Shown here one piece after another: positions 41,886-51,016 of a DNA stretch of 64,000 bases. Below the pieces are notes generated by a model. The model saw nothing but the letters and a program-made list of their open reading frames with translations, made no database searches and was not told where the DNA came from. The DNA comes from an uncultured Acidimicrobiia bacterium (GTDB taxonomy: Bacteria; Acidobacteriota; Terriglobia; Versatilivoradales; Versatilivoraceae), in NCBI GenBank assembly GCA_963786955.1, contig CAWBAT010000007.1, positions 96,001-160,000 of the forward strand, in the 5' to 3' direction. Position 1 is the first letter of the stretch. Every line of letters starts with the position of its first letter. A program made the translations under genes and the position numbers.

Positions 41886-42431
41886 CTACCGGATATCGAT
41901 GTCCATGTCTTTGAAGTACAATTGTTGGGCTTCTTTCGTGATCCCGTGGGTGAGCTTCAGACCGCAATGTTTGACAAGGTACTCTTCGATGGGAATCCAC
42001 TTGTCATCAATCCTAATTTGTTTGGTCCAAGCGCAAATCGTGAGGAGTTTTCCCATTTCCCGGATCTTCTTCTTAGCTTTAGCTGTTTCGGTTCCCAGCA
42101 TGGCCGTTATCCAAATGACCAAAATAACGGCAGACCGATCCATGATGACGACCCATCGTGGGACGCCAATTTTGGGAGAGAATAGATAGCCAACTATGGC
42201 TAAGAGGCTGCACAAGAATGCCAACCCCAAAGTGTATTCACGGCGATCACTCATCAGGCTGATCATTATGGGGATTACATAGAAAACTGTGATGGTAACG
42301 CCCAATGGAAGTTGCAGGTCGACATATAGAATGACCGCAGTCACTGCCAGAGCTGTTACGAGAGAGACTTGTGCCAACGCTTTAAATATTCTGTTCATCT
42401 GATACTCCATTTGGAAAATCCCAACATCCAA
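41886..42431 (-). CDS. Small membrane sensor-like protein with C-terminal ICxxxK..THGI domain
   Basis: Four TM helices (DLQLPLGV..YVIP), then LLTICAWTKQIR...IEEYL...LTHGI. Start probably 42410 or 42398. Confidence 0.55.
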   Translation of the reverse strand: MDVGIFQMEYQMNRIFKALAQVSLVTALAVTAVILYVDLQLPLGVTITVFYVIPIMISLMSDRREYTLGLAFLCSLLAIVGYLFSPKIGVPRWVVIMDRSAVILVIWITAMLGTETAKAKKKIREMGKLLTICAWTKQIRIDDKWIPIEEYLVKHCGLKLTHGITKEAQQLYFKDMDIDIR

Positions 42432-42653
42432 ATCTTGTTGGAAAACTCATTTTAACAGTAGTTCGGTTCTTTTGCCTAAGGCTGTTCAAAATCATACACG
42501 GAGGGGGGAACTCCATATCGCTGTGGCAAATCGAAGCTTCCCGACTGTGAAGTGCAAAGGGGTGACCCGATCACTCGCTTTGCCATCCGACAAAAAATCC
42601 CGTTCGATAGGGAATTGACAATGAATACCGACTCTTTGGCATGTCGCATCCGA

Positions 42654-45600
42654 TCACCCTTCGATTGACATTCTTCCTTGCAGTCGGCTGAGTACTTGTC
42701 CAAGTTCCCCGATTTCCACGGGGGCACCATTCTCATAGGCGATGGCGAGATTGGCAAATGGAGAAACTTTGTCACCTGGAGTCAAAATTCCTACAAGGTT
42801 CAAGGGATCGGCCGACGAAACCATTGTTATTGTATTCTTTTCGCTGAACTGTCTCCGCAAAGAGCGCAGGGCGTCGATGGCTTCTGGCAATGCAAACTGC
42901 TCTCCGGGAAAATTCGAGACGAATCGTCCGCCACGAATTTCCCCCCGAGCTTCCATCCTCCAAAATATCTTTAGCAGAAAGCGCCATCCCGGATAGAGGG
43001 TTTCTCGAGACAGAACTTCACGCGTCACTATTCCGTAGCGACGAAGATATTGTCGGGCAAGGGCTTCGGTTGAAAGTGGTGCCTCACTGGTCTCTCTACG
43101 TCTTATCTCTTTTCCGGCTCGCTCTGGGGAAATTGGAGTTTGTTGTAAGGGGCGGGACTCCATTGGCCACAAGAGGGACCAGCGACCCACGGGCATCAAG
43201 CGTCCAGGGGAATGTCCGCCTTTAATCACCCGAAGCCGCTGCTGTGGGGAACGTCTTTTTTCAGGTGGGAGCAAAAGCGTTCGAAGTCCTGCCACTCCAT
43301 CTCCGGTCACTAAGCCCCGACTGACCAATTCCCAGAGAGCATCTTCCACTTCGGCTGCCAGTCGGCCGGAGCTACGAGCGATCTCCTGGATGAATGAAGC
43401 TCCATAACGATCCAAAACTCGCAGAACGTCTCTTGCACTTTCGGTCAGACCCGGCAGGGTGGGGAATTGAAAGGGAGGTGAGTCCAAGAAGTGATGGAAC
43501 TCTTCGCGAAGAAAGAAAGCGAGCGGAGCCGAGCGTGAGGGCTTTTGATGCCGGCGATTCCTTTGCCGGAGGTCTTCCTCATCGGGGATGTTCTCGTTTT
43601 GATCGGGCGGTTCTTTCTGAAGTTTCAACCTCCCCCATCCCACCAGGCCTGAAAGACAAAGGTTTTCCAAATCCGCTGGATCGTAATGAGCGATCCGACG
43701 GCGCAAAATTTCTTGCTCCCAGGAAAGGGCCGGTAATTCAATGCCTTGAAGTTGACGAATCACTTCCAGAATTCCTTGCTTGCCATGGAGCTGTGTGCCT
43801 GGTTCTACGTGCTGCCAGTTGAGCAGAAAGCGGATATAGTCCGTTGAGCTAACCGGCGCGATTTCCCTTCGCAGTGCCCCGATAACCTGACGATGGATCC
43901 GTGCCAAAATGCGGCGCTCACACCATTCTTCACAACATGAGACGGTAAAGCCGCCGCGCAAGACCTGGCCTTGCGATTCCAGCCTTAACAAAGCTCCCTG
44001 AATCAGGCTCACGGATAATCCCAGTCGATGGGAGAGTTCTGCTGCATTGATGGGGCCCAGGATATCCATCCAACCTTGAACCAACAGAGCTTGGTGTTCT
44101 TCCGGGCTGTTCATCGCTGCTTCCTTCCTGCCCCATTCGGGTTCTACAAGATGCGGCTGAAAGAGCACATCATTCAGTAAGCTTCCAATCCAGGAAACTC
44201 TTTCTAAGGAAACCCAAGCCTTATGAGATTCACCCGCTGAGTCCACCCAGCGAGCCAGGGTGGCTCTTTCTTGCCGAACGAGCTCTTGAGCAAACTCTTG
44301 CCAGGCGGCCGATTCCCCGACCGGCAATAAAATAAGGCTCAACAAAACGTCATGCAATTCATCCGCATTCCGGACGTCGGGCCAAAGTTGGGAGACGACT
44401 TCTTCGACGGCAGCAGGGTCAAGCGAACCGTTAAACTCGAGCAGGTCCGGATCCATTCTCCTGAGCGAGACCGCTCGTGCCCGGCGCTCTTCCAGGGGGG
44501 CGTCATCCAAAAATGCATACGGATTTGCATTGAGTATTTCATGACACATCGGAGAAGGTGCGGGAGTGTCACGAGTAATCATTTTAATCTCCCCACGTTC
44601 CAGGTCCTTCAAGACGGCAATGAACCCATCGATGTCCATGGGTTCATGAAGACAATCCTTGATGGTTTCGTTCACAAGGGGGTGATCAGGCAATTCAATC
44701 GGGCCAGCATGGTTGTCTTGGCAAGCCACCTGGGATGGGAAAACCGCGGCCAATAGATCTTCAGCACGCATCCGTTGAATGGGCATGGGGACTTTTTTGC
44801 CTCCGCTAAAGCGGGGCAGGGCCAAGGCTCGGCTTGCATTCCATCGCCAGCGATTGCCAAACATGGGCGAGGCCAGGACGGCTTGGATCACATCCGCTTT
44901 GACGGCATGAGGGCGAGTCATGGATGCCACACTGGCTAATGGAAAACTGTGTTGTTCTCCCAGGGAAAGCACCAGACCGTCATCCGTTGCGGCGGCCTGC
45001 AGCTCAAAATCAAAGGTAAGACAAAACCGCTTTCTCAATGCCAATCCCCAGGCCCGGTTGATCCGTCCGCCAAAAGGCGCATGCAGGACAAGCTGCATGC
45101 CACCTGCTTCATCAAAAAACCGCTCGACGACTAGAGTCTTTTGAGTTGGAACGGCGCCAAGGGCTTTAGCGGTCTCCCGGATATAAGCGATGAGTTGTTC
45201 GGCACCCGAAGATTCGAGACCACAGTGTTCATGAAGCCAAGAAGAAGCGGCAGGGAAAGTTAAAGATTCGTCACAACCCCATTCGGCAAGCTTTTCACGC
45301 AAGTCTGAAACGGCCTTTGAGAGTTCGGCCGTTCGCGCAGGGGCTTCTCCTAGCCAGAACGGGATGGTCGGGGCGGCTCCATGGGCATCTTCAACTCGAA
45401 TCTTTCCCGATCCAACCCGTCGGATCCGCCAGGATTGATTCCCCAGCAGGAACACATCTCCTGCCATACTCTCAACAGCAAAATCTTCGTTTACCTTCCC
45501 GACAAAGATTTCTGCGGGCTCTTGAATGACGTCATAATCGGCTACGTCGGGGATGGCGCCCTCCGCTGGTGATGGCGGCGAGGCGGGCTCCACGGCGGCC

Positions 45601-47050
45601 TTTCAATACGCCATGAACGCGATCTCGATGGATGAGGGCCGTGCTGCGTCCCCGCCTGCTTGAAATCCCTTCGGAGAGCATCTGGAGGATCGCTTCGTAT
45701 TCCTTGGGATCGAGATGACGAAATGGGTAAGCCTGATGGCAGAGCTGCCATAGGTCTTGTTCAGTCAACGGACCACTCGCCAGCGTGGCCACGATCTGTT
45801 GAGCCAAAATGTCCAAAGGTTTCTCCGGAATGATGATTCGGTCCAGCTTCCCACTTTGGATGGCCCAGACTGCCGCGGCACACTGCATGAGTTCGTCCCG
45901 GGTTTGAGGGAATAGCATGCCTTTTGCAGTCCCCCTCAGCTGGTGCCCCGACCGGCCGATGCGTTGGAGCAAAGTAGCCAGCGAGCGAGGAGCTCCCACC
46001 TGGCAAACAATGTCCACATGGCCAATATCGATGCCCAACTCCAGTGAGGCCGTGGCGACGACCACTGGAATGACGCCTGCCTTAAGACCTTCCTCTGCTT
46101 TGAGTCGAGTGGCCCGGGAAAGGCTGCCATGGTGAGCGGCCACTTTGCCTTGCCCAAGCCGCTCTTCAAGCTGATAGGACACACGTTCGACCAAACGCCG
46201 CGTGTTAACAAAGACCAGAGTCGATCGATGTTCTTTCGACTCGGCAGCGATTCGGTCATAGGTCTCGGACCAGATTTCATTGGTTGTAATGGGGCCGAGC
46301 ATTCGGTCGGGTACAACCACCGAAACAGACATCTTCCGGCGGTGCCCCTCATCAACAATGGCACAGCGAACGGAACCATCCGCGAGGATGTTTCTGGTTC
46401 CAACCAGAAGCCGTCGCGATTTCTTCAATGGGATTCTGTGTGGCGCTCAGACCGACCCGTTGAACAGCGCGTCCCGCCAAGGCATCCAATCGCTCTAAGG
46501 ACAGGGATAAATGAGAGCCCCGCTTATCCCCGGCGATGGCGTGAATTTCATCGACGATCAAGGTGCGCGTTGTGCTAAGGAATCGCCGGCTGCCTTCAGC
46601 AGTCAGCAAAATGTAGAGCGACTCGGGAGTCGTAATGAGAATATGCGGAGGCCGGCGCAGCATTTGTTGCCGCTCTTTTGCAGGGGTGTCCCCGCTTCTT
46701 ACAGAAACTCTAATCTCCGGGAAACCCTTGCGGACGGAAGAGGCAATCTCCAGGATCTCGGAAAGAGGCTTTTGCAGATTCTTCTGAACGTCATTTCCGA
46801 GTGCCTTTAAGGGCGAAACGTAAACCACTTGCGTTTCATCCTTCAACGTTCCCTGGTCTGCTTCTTCAACCAGCAGATTGATTGCCCAAAGGAATGCCGC
46901 CAGTGTTTTGCCGGATCCGGTTGGAGCTGCAATTAATGTGTGGCTGCCCGCGCTGATATGCGGCCAACCTGCCTTTTGGGGAGGAGTTGGGGCGGAGAAA
47001 TGTTTACTGAACCATTCACTGACAAATGGATGAAAAGAGGTCTCATTCAT
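42654..47050 (-). pseudogene. lhr: Lhr-family ATP-dependent DEAD/H helicase, split by two +1 frameshifts (pseudogene or assembly error)
   Basis: [36 protein letters not shown] and C-terminal GRFV..FPGEQFA. Joins IEEIA|RLLVG (~46414) and AITSG|GAIPD (~45561) each carry one extra base. Confidence 0.85.
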
Positions 47051-47296
47051 GAAATGAAGTTAGGAAAAGTTTCAAACGGTGATGGTATCTAGAAACTCGA
47101 ACGTCAATTTTCTACGCACATCTTTATCGTCAATCTTGAATTCTAATTATTATTGGAGATGTCCAGCTCTTTCTGTTTCGCCAATTGCCCTACTTTCTTC
47201 GTAAGCTCTTTGATTTTCACATCACTTTTATTAGAAAAAGCTGGGAGTAATAAACACAAAACTGCCCGGACCATAAGTATATTTTTTTTGTATTTT

Positions 47297-47376
47297 CTCC
47301 AACGACTCCAGCCTCGCCCGGCGCCTGCTTGAGCGGCACATGCGCATCGAGGATACTTATGGTAGTCTCCAACGAC
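47297..47376 (-). other. Degenerate attC remnants (two GTCGTTGGAG R' boxes) preceding a decayed AT-rich cassette (~47100-47296)
   Basis: Minus-strand GTCGTTGGAG occurs twice; one is preceded by an attC-like right arm (CCGGGCGAGGCTGGAGTC). Confidence 0.4.
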
Positions 47377-47377
47377 G

Positions 47378-47869
47378 TTAATTACTGTTACCTATGTCTC
47401 CAGACTTTTTTGTTACCGATGTCCCCGGCTGCTCATTTTTCTGCTTCTCAAGTTGCTCAACAAGCGCTCTTAAAGACTCTGGCTTCTTAAACAACGTCCA
47501 GGTCTCACTGGGCTTCGCGTCTTTAGATGCAAGCGGGATGAACGATACTTGTACGTTATAACCACGACCACCCTGCTCAATAGCCACAAGCACGGCATCT
47601 GAGCTGAGGCCAGCCAGGGCAAAACGCCGTCTTGGTAATGCAGAATCTACAACATCGGTTGCATTGAACTGGCCATTCTGATCAGCGATACCGTCCAGTC
47701 CTGGCTGGCCAACCCCCAGGGCGTTTTGAATGTGAGTTGGCAAAGACTGAATGGAGCGGGCCTCGCGGAAATGTAGCCCGCGCCACTGCACCGCGCCAGT
47801 TTCGCGGCCGGTGCAAGCGGCCAGAACCGCTAACAACCTCGTGAGGAACAGCCAGTTATAGTTTCGCAT
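47378..47869 (-). CDS. Hypothetical lipoprotein, integron gene cassette 2
   Basis: ATG lies 4 nt after the attC R' box GTTAGCC; lipobox LAAC. The C-terminus runs into an IS481-like end. Confidence 0.65.
   Translation of the reverse strand: MRNYNWLFLTRLLAVLAACTGRETGAVQWRGLHFREARSIQSLPTHIQNALGVGQPGLDGIADQNGQFNATDVVDSALPRRRFALAGLSSDAVLVAIEQGGRGYNVQVSFIPLASKDAKPSETWTLFKKPESLRALVEQLEKQKNEQPGTSVTKKSGDIGNSN
47386..47431 (+). mobile_element. Isolated IS481-family-like terminal sequence
   Basis: TGTTACCTATGTCTCCAG-N-TGTTACCGATGTCCCCGG: a TGT terminus with two tandem binding-site repeats. Confidence 0.55.
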
Positions 47870-47872
47870 AAT

Positions 47873-47934
47873 GGCTAACGACCTAGCTCACCGGCGCGCC
47901 GCTTTTTCGCGTCCGGTGGAGTGTTTTGTTAGGG
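47873..47934 (-). other. Integron attC recombination site
   Basis: Minus strand CCCTAAC-AAAAC-ACTCCACCGG-ACGCGAAAAAGCGGCGCG-CCGGTGAGCT-AGGTC-GTTAGCC: R'', L'', L' with an extrahelical base, and R'; 62 bp. Confidence 0.85.
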
Positions 47935-48362
47935 ACTTTTTTCTTTCTGCGTTGAAACGCATGGTAGATGGAAATCTCAAGATCGATTCGCAATCGACCA
48001 AGCTGCAATAGAAACTCATGAGGAACACTTTCAAATTGGGCAGCTACGTTTAATTCAAGAACACCAAAGTCCAAGCATGCATTTTGGACCCCTGGAAATT
48101 TTCGAAGACGCTGAATTTCACGGTGGTGTTTATTGATTGCCGAATGAGCACGGCTAACGAGCGTGTGTAGTTTACCTTCTAAGCCATCGGGGCCTTCGAG
48201 ACGCATGTTTACCCCAGATGTAAGATAACGTTTCTTTAGCACCATGGATGAGGGATAAATTAACTGCCCACGCTTGTAAACCTTTACGACTGGGAGTGTT
48301 GTAGATCGAGCACACGCTTCGGCATCAAAATTCTTTCCAGAAATTCGAAAAATCACCGACAT
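47883..48362 (-). CDS. Hypothetical protein (DUF4279-like), integron gene cassette 1
   Basis: ATG 48362 lies 11 nt after GTTAGGG; the ORF reads through attC to its stop; AT-richer than its neighbours. Confidence 0.6.
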   Translation of the reverse strand: MSVIFRISGKNFDAEACARSTTLPVVKVYKRGQLIYPSSMVLKKRYLTSGVNMRLEGPDGLEGKLHTLVSRAHSAINKHHREIQRLRKFPGVQNACLDFGVLELNVAAQFESVPHEFLLQLGRLRIDLEISIYHAFQRRKKKVPNKTLHRTRKSGAPVS

Positions 48363-48373
48363 ATTTTTGTGGT

Positions 48374-48415
48374 CCCTAACATGGTATCGCTGTAGGCTCT
48401 TTAGCCTGCAGCCTA
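48374..48415 (-). other. Putative attI site
   Basis: CATGTTAGGG begins cassette 1 and is the exact complement of that cassette's R'' (CCCTAAC). No attC hairpin precedes it, and it lies downstream of the intI remnant. Confidence 0.55.
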
Positions 48416-48552
48416 TACTGAATTCACCCGTTTTCTTAAATACCTGGATCCTCTTGTGCTTCAGGTATTTGACTCCAATTTTGCCCTGAGCACCAGCGGG
48501 GGTAGGCGGCGCGCTGCAGCCTAACCTTCTGCAAGATAGGCTGCACGATATA

Positions 48553-48597
48553 TCAAAGGGCGTCTTCGGGGCTGCGAACGCCTCGACCACCCCGGTT
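48553..48597 (-). pseudogene. intI: 3' tail of integron integrase, co-oriented with the cassettes
   Basis: Translates as NRGGRGVRSPEDAL*, the characteristic IntI C-terminus; the rest of the gene is missing. Confidence 0.75.
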
Positions 48598-48672
48598 GAT
48601 CAAAAATTGCGTATTGGTCAAAGTTGAGATCCTCCGCGGCCCACTGAGCTATGAAAAAACTGGAAAACGTCT

Positions 48673-48762
48673 CGTGAGGCTTAGGCTTTGAGAAAGCCTG
48701 AAGCCTACAATAATTTCAAAGGGCTTAACATCATGTTGTAGGCCGGGTCACCCGACCCGGCG
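48673..48762. repeat. GTAG-type REP cluster
   Basis: Same families as 27930-28000 and 59925-59981. Confidence 0.7.
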
Positions 48763-48860
48763 CTGGAGATTGGACATTTTTCGAGAAGTGCAGCGGCAGG
48801 ATGCCGCTGCTTCACCTGAGTGCCCTGTAAATTAGGCAATATTGCGTATCAAGTTGTTTT

Positions 48861-49610
48861 TTAGAGATTAGAGGCATTGATTATCTCCACGTATTGTTTG
48901 ACCAGGAAAGGTGACAAGGCAGTGACTTGAGCGATGAACTCAAGGCTTTGATTGTGTTGGAAACAGGTTTTGACCCGATGGAAATCCTTCAGATAGCGGT
49001 CCACGGCCTTTTGTGAATGTTTGGTTTCGAGAGCGATCCGTTTCGGGTCTTTTTTGTCAAGGATGGCCTTTTTGACGATGGTTTTTTTGTGAGAGATACA
49101 AGAGCCAAAGTCCTGCAAACTGCCGCTGTGTGGGAGAGTGGTGTCATGTTCTTTTTCCCAGGCAGCCCGCAAGGAGGAAAGCCTCGAGTTTTGCCGCCAG
49201 CAAAAAAGGCCGATATCCCGCATGGTCAACAAGGCGCCTTGTTGATGGGCCTCGCAGCAAATACGGGCGATGGCCTTTTTAGCGATGGTTGTCATCGAGG
49301 AGCCCTTTGCCAGTTGCTCGACATCGGAAGGATCGACCAACGTCAACAGGACTGGGAGCAATTGCAGGTTCGGGCTGTTAGGTCTGGATTGTTGAGAGAC
49401 CGCATTCCAGACCATCTGGCCCGGCTGCAGATGATCTTTATGGGGCAACTGTTTTTCAACTAGCTCGACAATTTTTTCCGCCAAACGTTCGGCAAGCAAG
49501 GGGCCAAAAAGCTTGGGGCACTGGCTTTGCAAAAACCGCTGGATGGAAGGGCGGAGAAAGCGGTTTTGAGCAGAGCGGTAATGTTTTATGGATTGGGCCG
49601 GAGGATTCAC
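48861..49610 (-). CDS. DUF1670-domain protein (element gene B)
   Basis: PGQMVW, EAHQQGALLTMRDI, DFGSCISHK and KHSQKAVDRY; overlaps gene A (ATGA). Confidence 0.8.
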   Translation of the reverse strand: MNPPAQSIKHYRSAQNRFLRPSIQRFLQSQCPKLFGPLLAERLAEKIVELVEKQLPHKDHLQPGQMVWNAVSQQSRPNSPNLQLLPVLLTLVDPSDVEQLAKGSSMTTIAKKAIARICCEAHQQGALLTMRDIGLFCWRQNSRLSSLRAAWEKEHDTTLPHSGSLQDFGSCISHKKTIVKKAILDKKDPKRIALETKHSQKAVDRYLKDFHRVKTCFQHNQSLEFIAQVTALSPFLVKQYVEIINASNL

Positions 49611-50431
49611 TGGGACCTCCGGGTTGGGCGGCTCGGCAGATCGGCTGAGCTTTTTTTTAAGAAGCCCAAGAGTTCCTGCTGCCGGTGGACCGCCGGTTTG
49701 GCCGTCTGATGCAACTGGCGGAATTGCTCCACCAAAGGGGCGGACAAGCGAATCAGGAAAGCGGTGGTCGTCAGATCAAAGCCATGTTGGAGCAAGGCGG
49801 CACAGCGTTTGAATTTTTCCACGTAGTTGGCCACTGAAGAAACGCTGTGATGAGAATGCAAGGCGATGTCGGAATACTCTTTGCCTTCCAGCCACAGTGA
49901 GACAATCAGGCGGCGATGGGTTACAGCTCGACCGATGTCTTTGACGGTGGAACGAAGAGGCGGCACCAGATTCTGCTGGCGCAATGCGGCCAAGTCGCCA
50001 ACCAAAGTGCGCAGGCCGCAATTAAACAACAGGGCCAGATCCTCCAAAGTCAGCAGACCCCCTTGCTGGAAGGCTTCTTCGGCAACTCGCATCAGACGAT
50101 GTTGCCGCAGGGCCGGGATGGTTTGCCGCTGCTGGATCTGGTTGTCTTCCTCTTTATCCAGCAGGGTGAGGGTGGCCAGCTTCTGAGCAGCTTGGGACAG
50201 CGGAACACCGGGAGGCACAGAGGCATCCACTACCATGAGTTGAATCTGTCCGGGCTGCACAGTGGTTGAGTTGTCGAACAAGGGTCCATAAAGTTCATGG
50301 ACTTTTTCGACCATGATCTGGGCTTCGAAAGGGGAACAATTCAGCCCCCGCTGCATGGCGGTCTTAAATTGAGTGTCAATGGATTTAGCACTGATGCGGT
50401 CCCAACGTTGCAAACTGGTGTTGTTGATCAA
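49607..50431 (-). CDS. DUF1670-domain protein (element gene A)
   Basis: PGQI, RLMRVAEEAFQQGGLLTLEDLA, PLRSTVKDIG, THRR and HHSVSSVANY. TTG start after AGGAG matches the GTG start of copy 2. Confidence 0.8.
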   Translation of the reverse strand: MINNTSLQRWDRISAKSIDTQFKTAMQRGLNCSPFEAQIMVEKVHELYGPLFDNSTTVQPGQIQLMVVDASVPPGVPLSQAAQKLATLTLLDKEEDNQIQQRQTIPALRQHRLMRVAEEAFQQGGLLTLEDLALLFNCGLRTLVGDLAALRQQNLVPPLRSTVKDIGRAVTHRRLIVSLWLEGKEYSDIALHSHHSVSSVANYVEKFKRCAALLQHGFDLTTTAFLIRLSAPLVEQFRQLHQTAKPAVHRQQELLGFLKKSSADLPSRPTRRSQ

Positions 50432-50456
50432 GAGGGGCTCCTGCTGTCGAAATGAG

Positions 50457-50517
50457 TTCTCTTGCCCCTGGCATTCCAGTCGCCCTTCGGGCTCCTTCCC
50501 TGCCAGGGGCAAGAGAA
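50457..50517 (-). ncRNA. Putative structured leader (RNA or ssDNA) of DUF1670 element, copy 1
   Basis: 17-bp perfect stem enclosing a core that is identical to the copy 2 core (GGAAGGAGCCCGAAGGGCGACTGGAA). Confidence 0.5.
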
Positions 50518-50540
50518 TAAGCAATATTGCACAACTATAA

Positions 50541-50910
50541 GGGCGATAGAATTTTAGCCCAGGGCCAGCGAGGAGCAGGAACTCCTCGCGCCGCCCTGGG
50601 TCAGCATTTCAACCAATATTATCTCCTCTCCCCCCGAATTGCTCGCCTTTCGGCGATTCGGGGGAGAGGATGGGAGTGGGGGGCTTTCGTTGCCAAATCC
50701 TGAATCATGCGTTTCGTTGTGGTTGCAGTGTTTGTCGGAACGAAGCATGAGTCTTCGACCTCGACACCTTCTGACCCCCTCACCCTCGCCCTCTCCCCCA
50801 ACACGAAAAAGGTGTTGGGGGAGAGGGTAGGAATTCGTGAGAACGCTGACCCAGGGCGGCCGCAGCGGCTCCTCCGCTGCGGCGCCCTGGGCTAGAATCC
50901 AACGCCCCGA
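50541..50910. repeat. Composite REP/BIME-like spacer with inverted CCCAGGGC..GCCCTGGG REPs and CCCTCTCCCCC..GGGGGAGAGG hairpins
   Basis: The two halves are imperfect inverted repeats; the same REP occurs uninterrupted at 63714-63775. Confidence 0.75.
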
Positions 50911-50933
50911 TAGTTGTGCAATATTGCTTGTAG

Positions 50934-50988
50934 GTTTCTCTGGGGCGTGGAAGGAGCCCGAAGGGCGACTGGAATGCCCCAGAGAAAC
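50934..50988 (+). ncRNA. Putative structured leader of DUF1670 element, copy 2
   Basis: Stem GTTTCTCTGGGGCG/TGCCCCAGAGAAAC differs in sequence from copy 1 but is still paired around the identical core. Confidence 0.5.
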
Positions 50989-51016
50989 TGCGCAATTTCA
51001 GGTCGAGGAGGCTCTC

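Larger units (their letters stand above)
48832..50537 (-). mobile_element. Putative DUF1670 two-gene insertion element, copy 1 (apparently intact, 1706 bp)
   Basis: Ends TAGTTGTGCAATATTGC...TACGCAATATTGCCTAA. TAA flanks both sides (48828-30 and 50538-40), with one extra A at 48831. Removing the element restores the hairpin GCCCT-GTA-AGGGC. Confidence 0.75.

Noticed and set aside
42480-42620. c-di-GMP riboswitch-like GGCAAA motif upstream of the membrane sensor gene
   Set aside because: Lacks the GNRA-capped P2 and the second conserved GCAAA/P3 arrangement.
48363-48590. N-terminal extension of the cassette 1 ORF (track start 48590)
   Set aside because: It would cross attI and the intI tail; ATG 48362 just inside the cassette boundary fits better.
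50554-50895. Short ORFs (61-64 aa) between the two elements
   Set aside because: They lie in palindromic REP DNA with no RBS or family motif; likely spurious.
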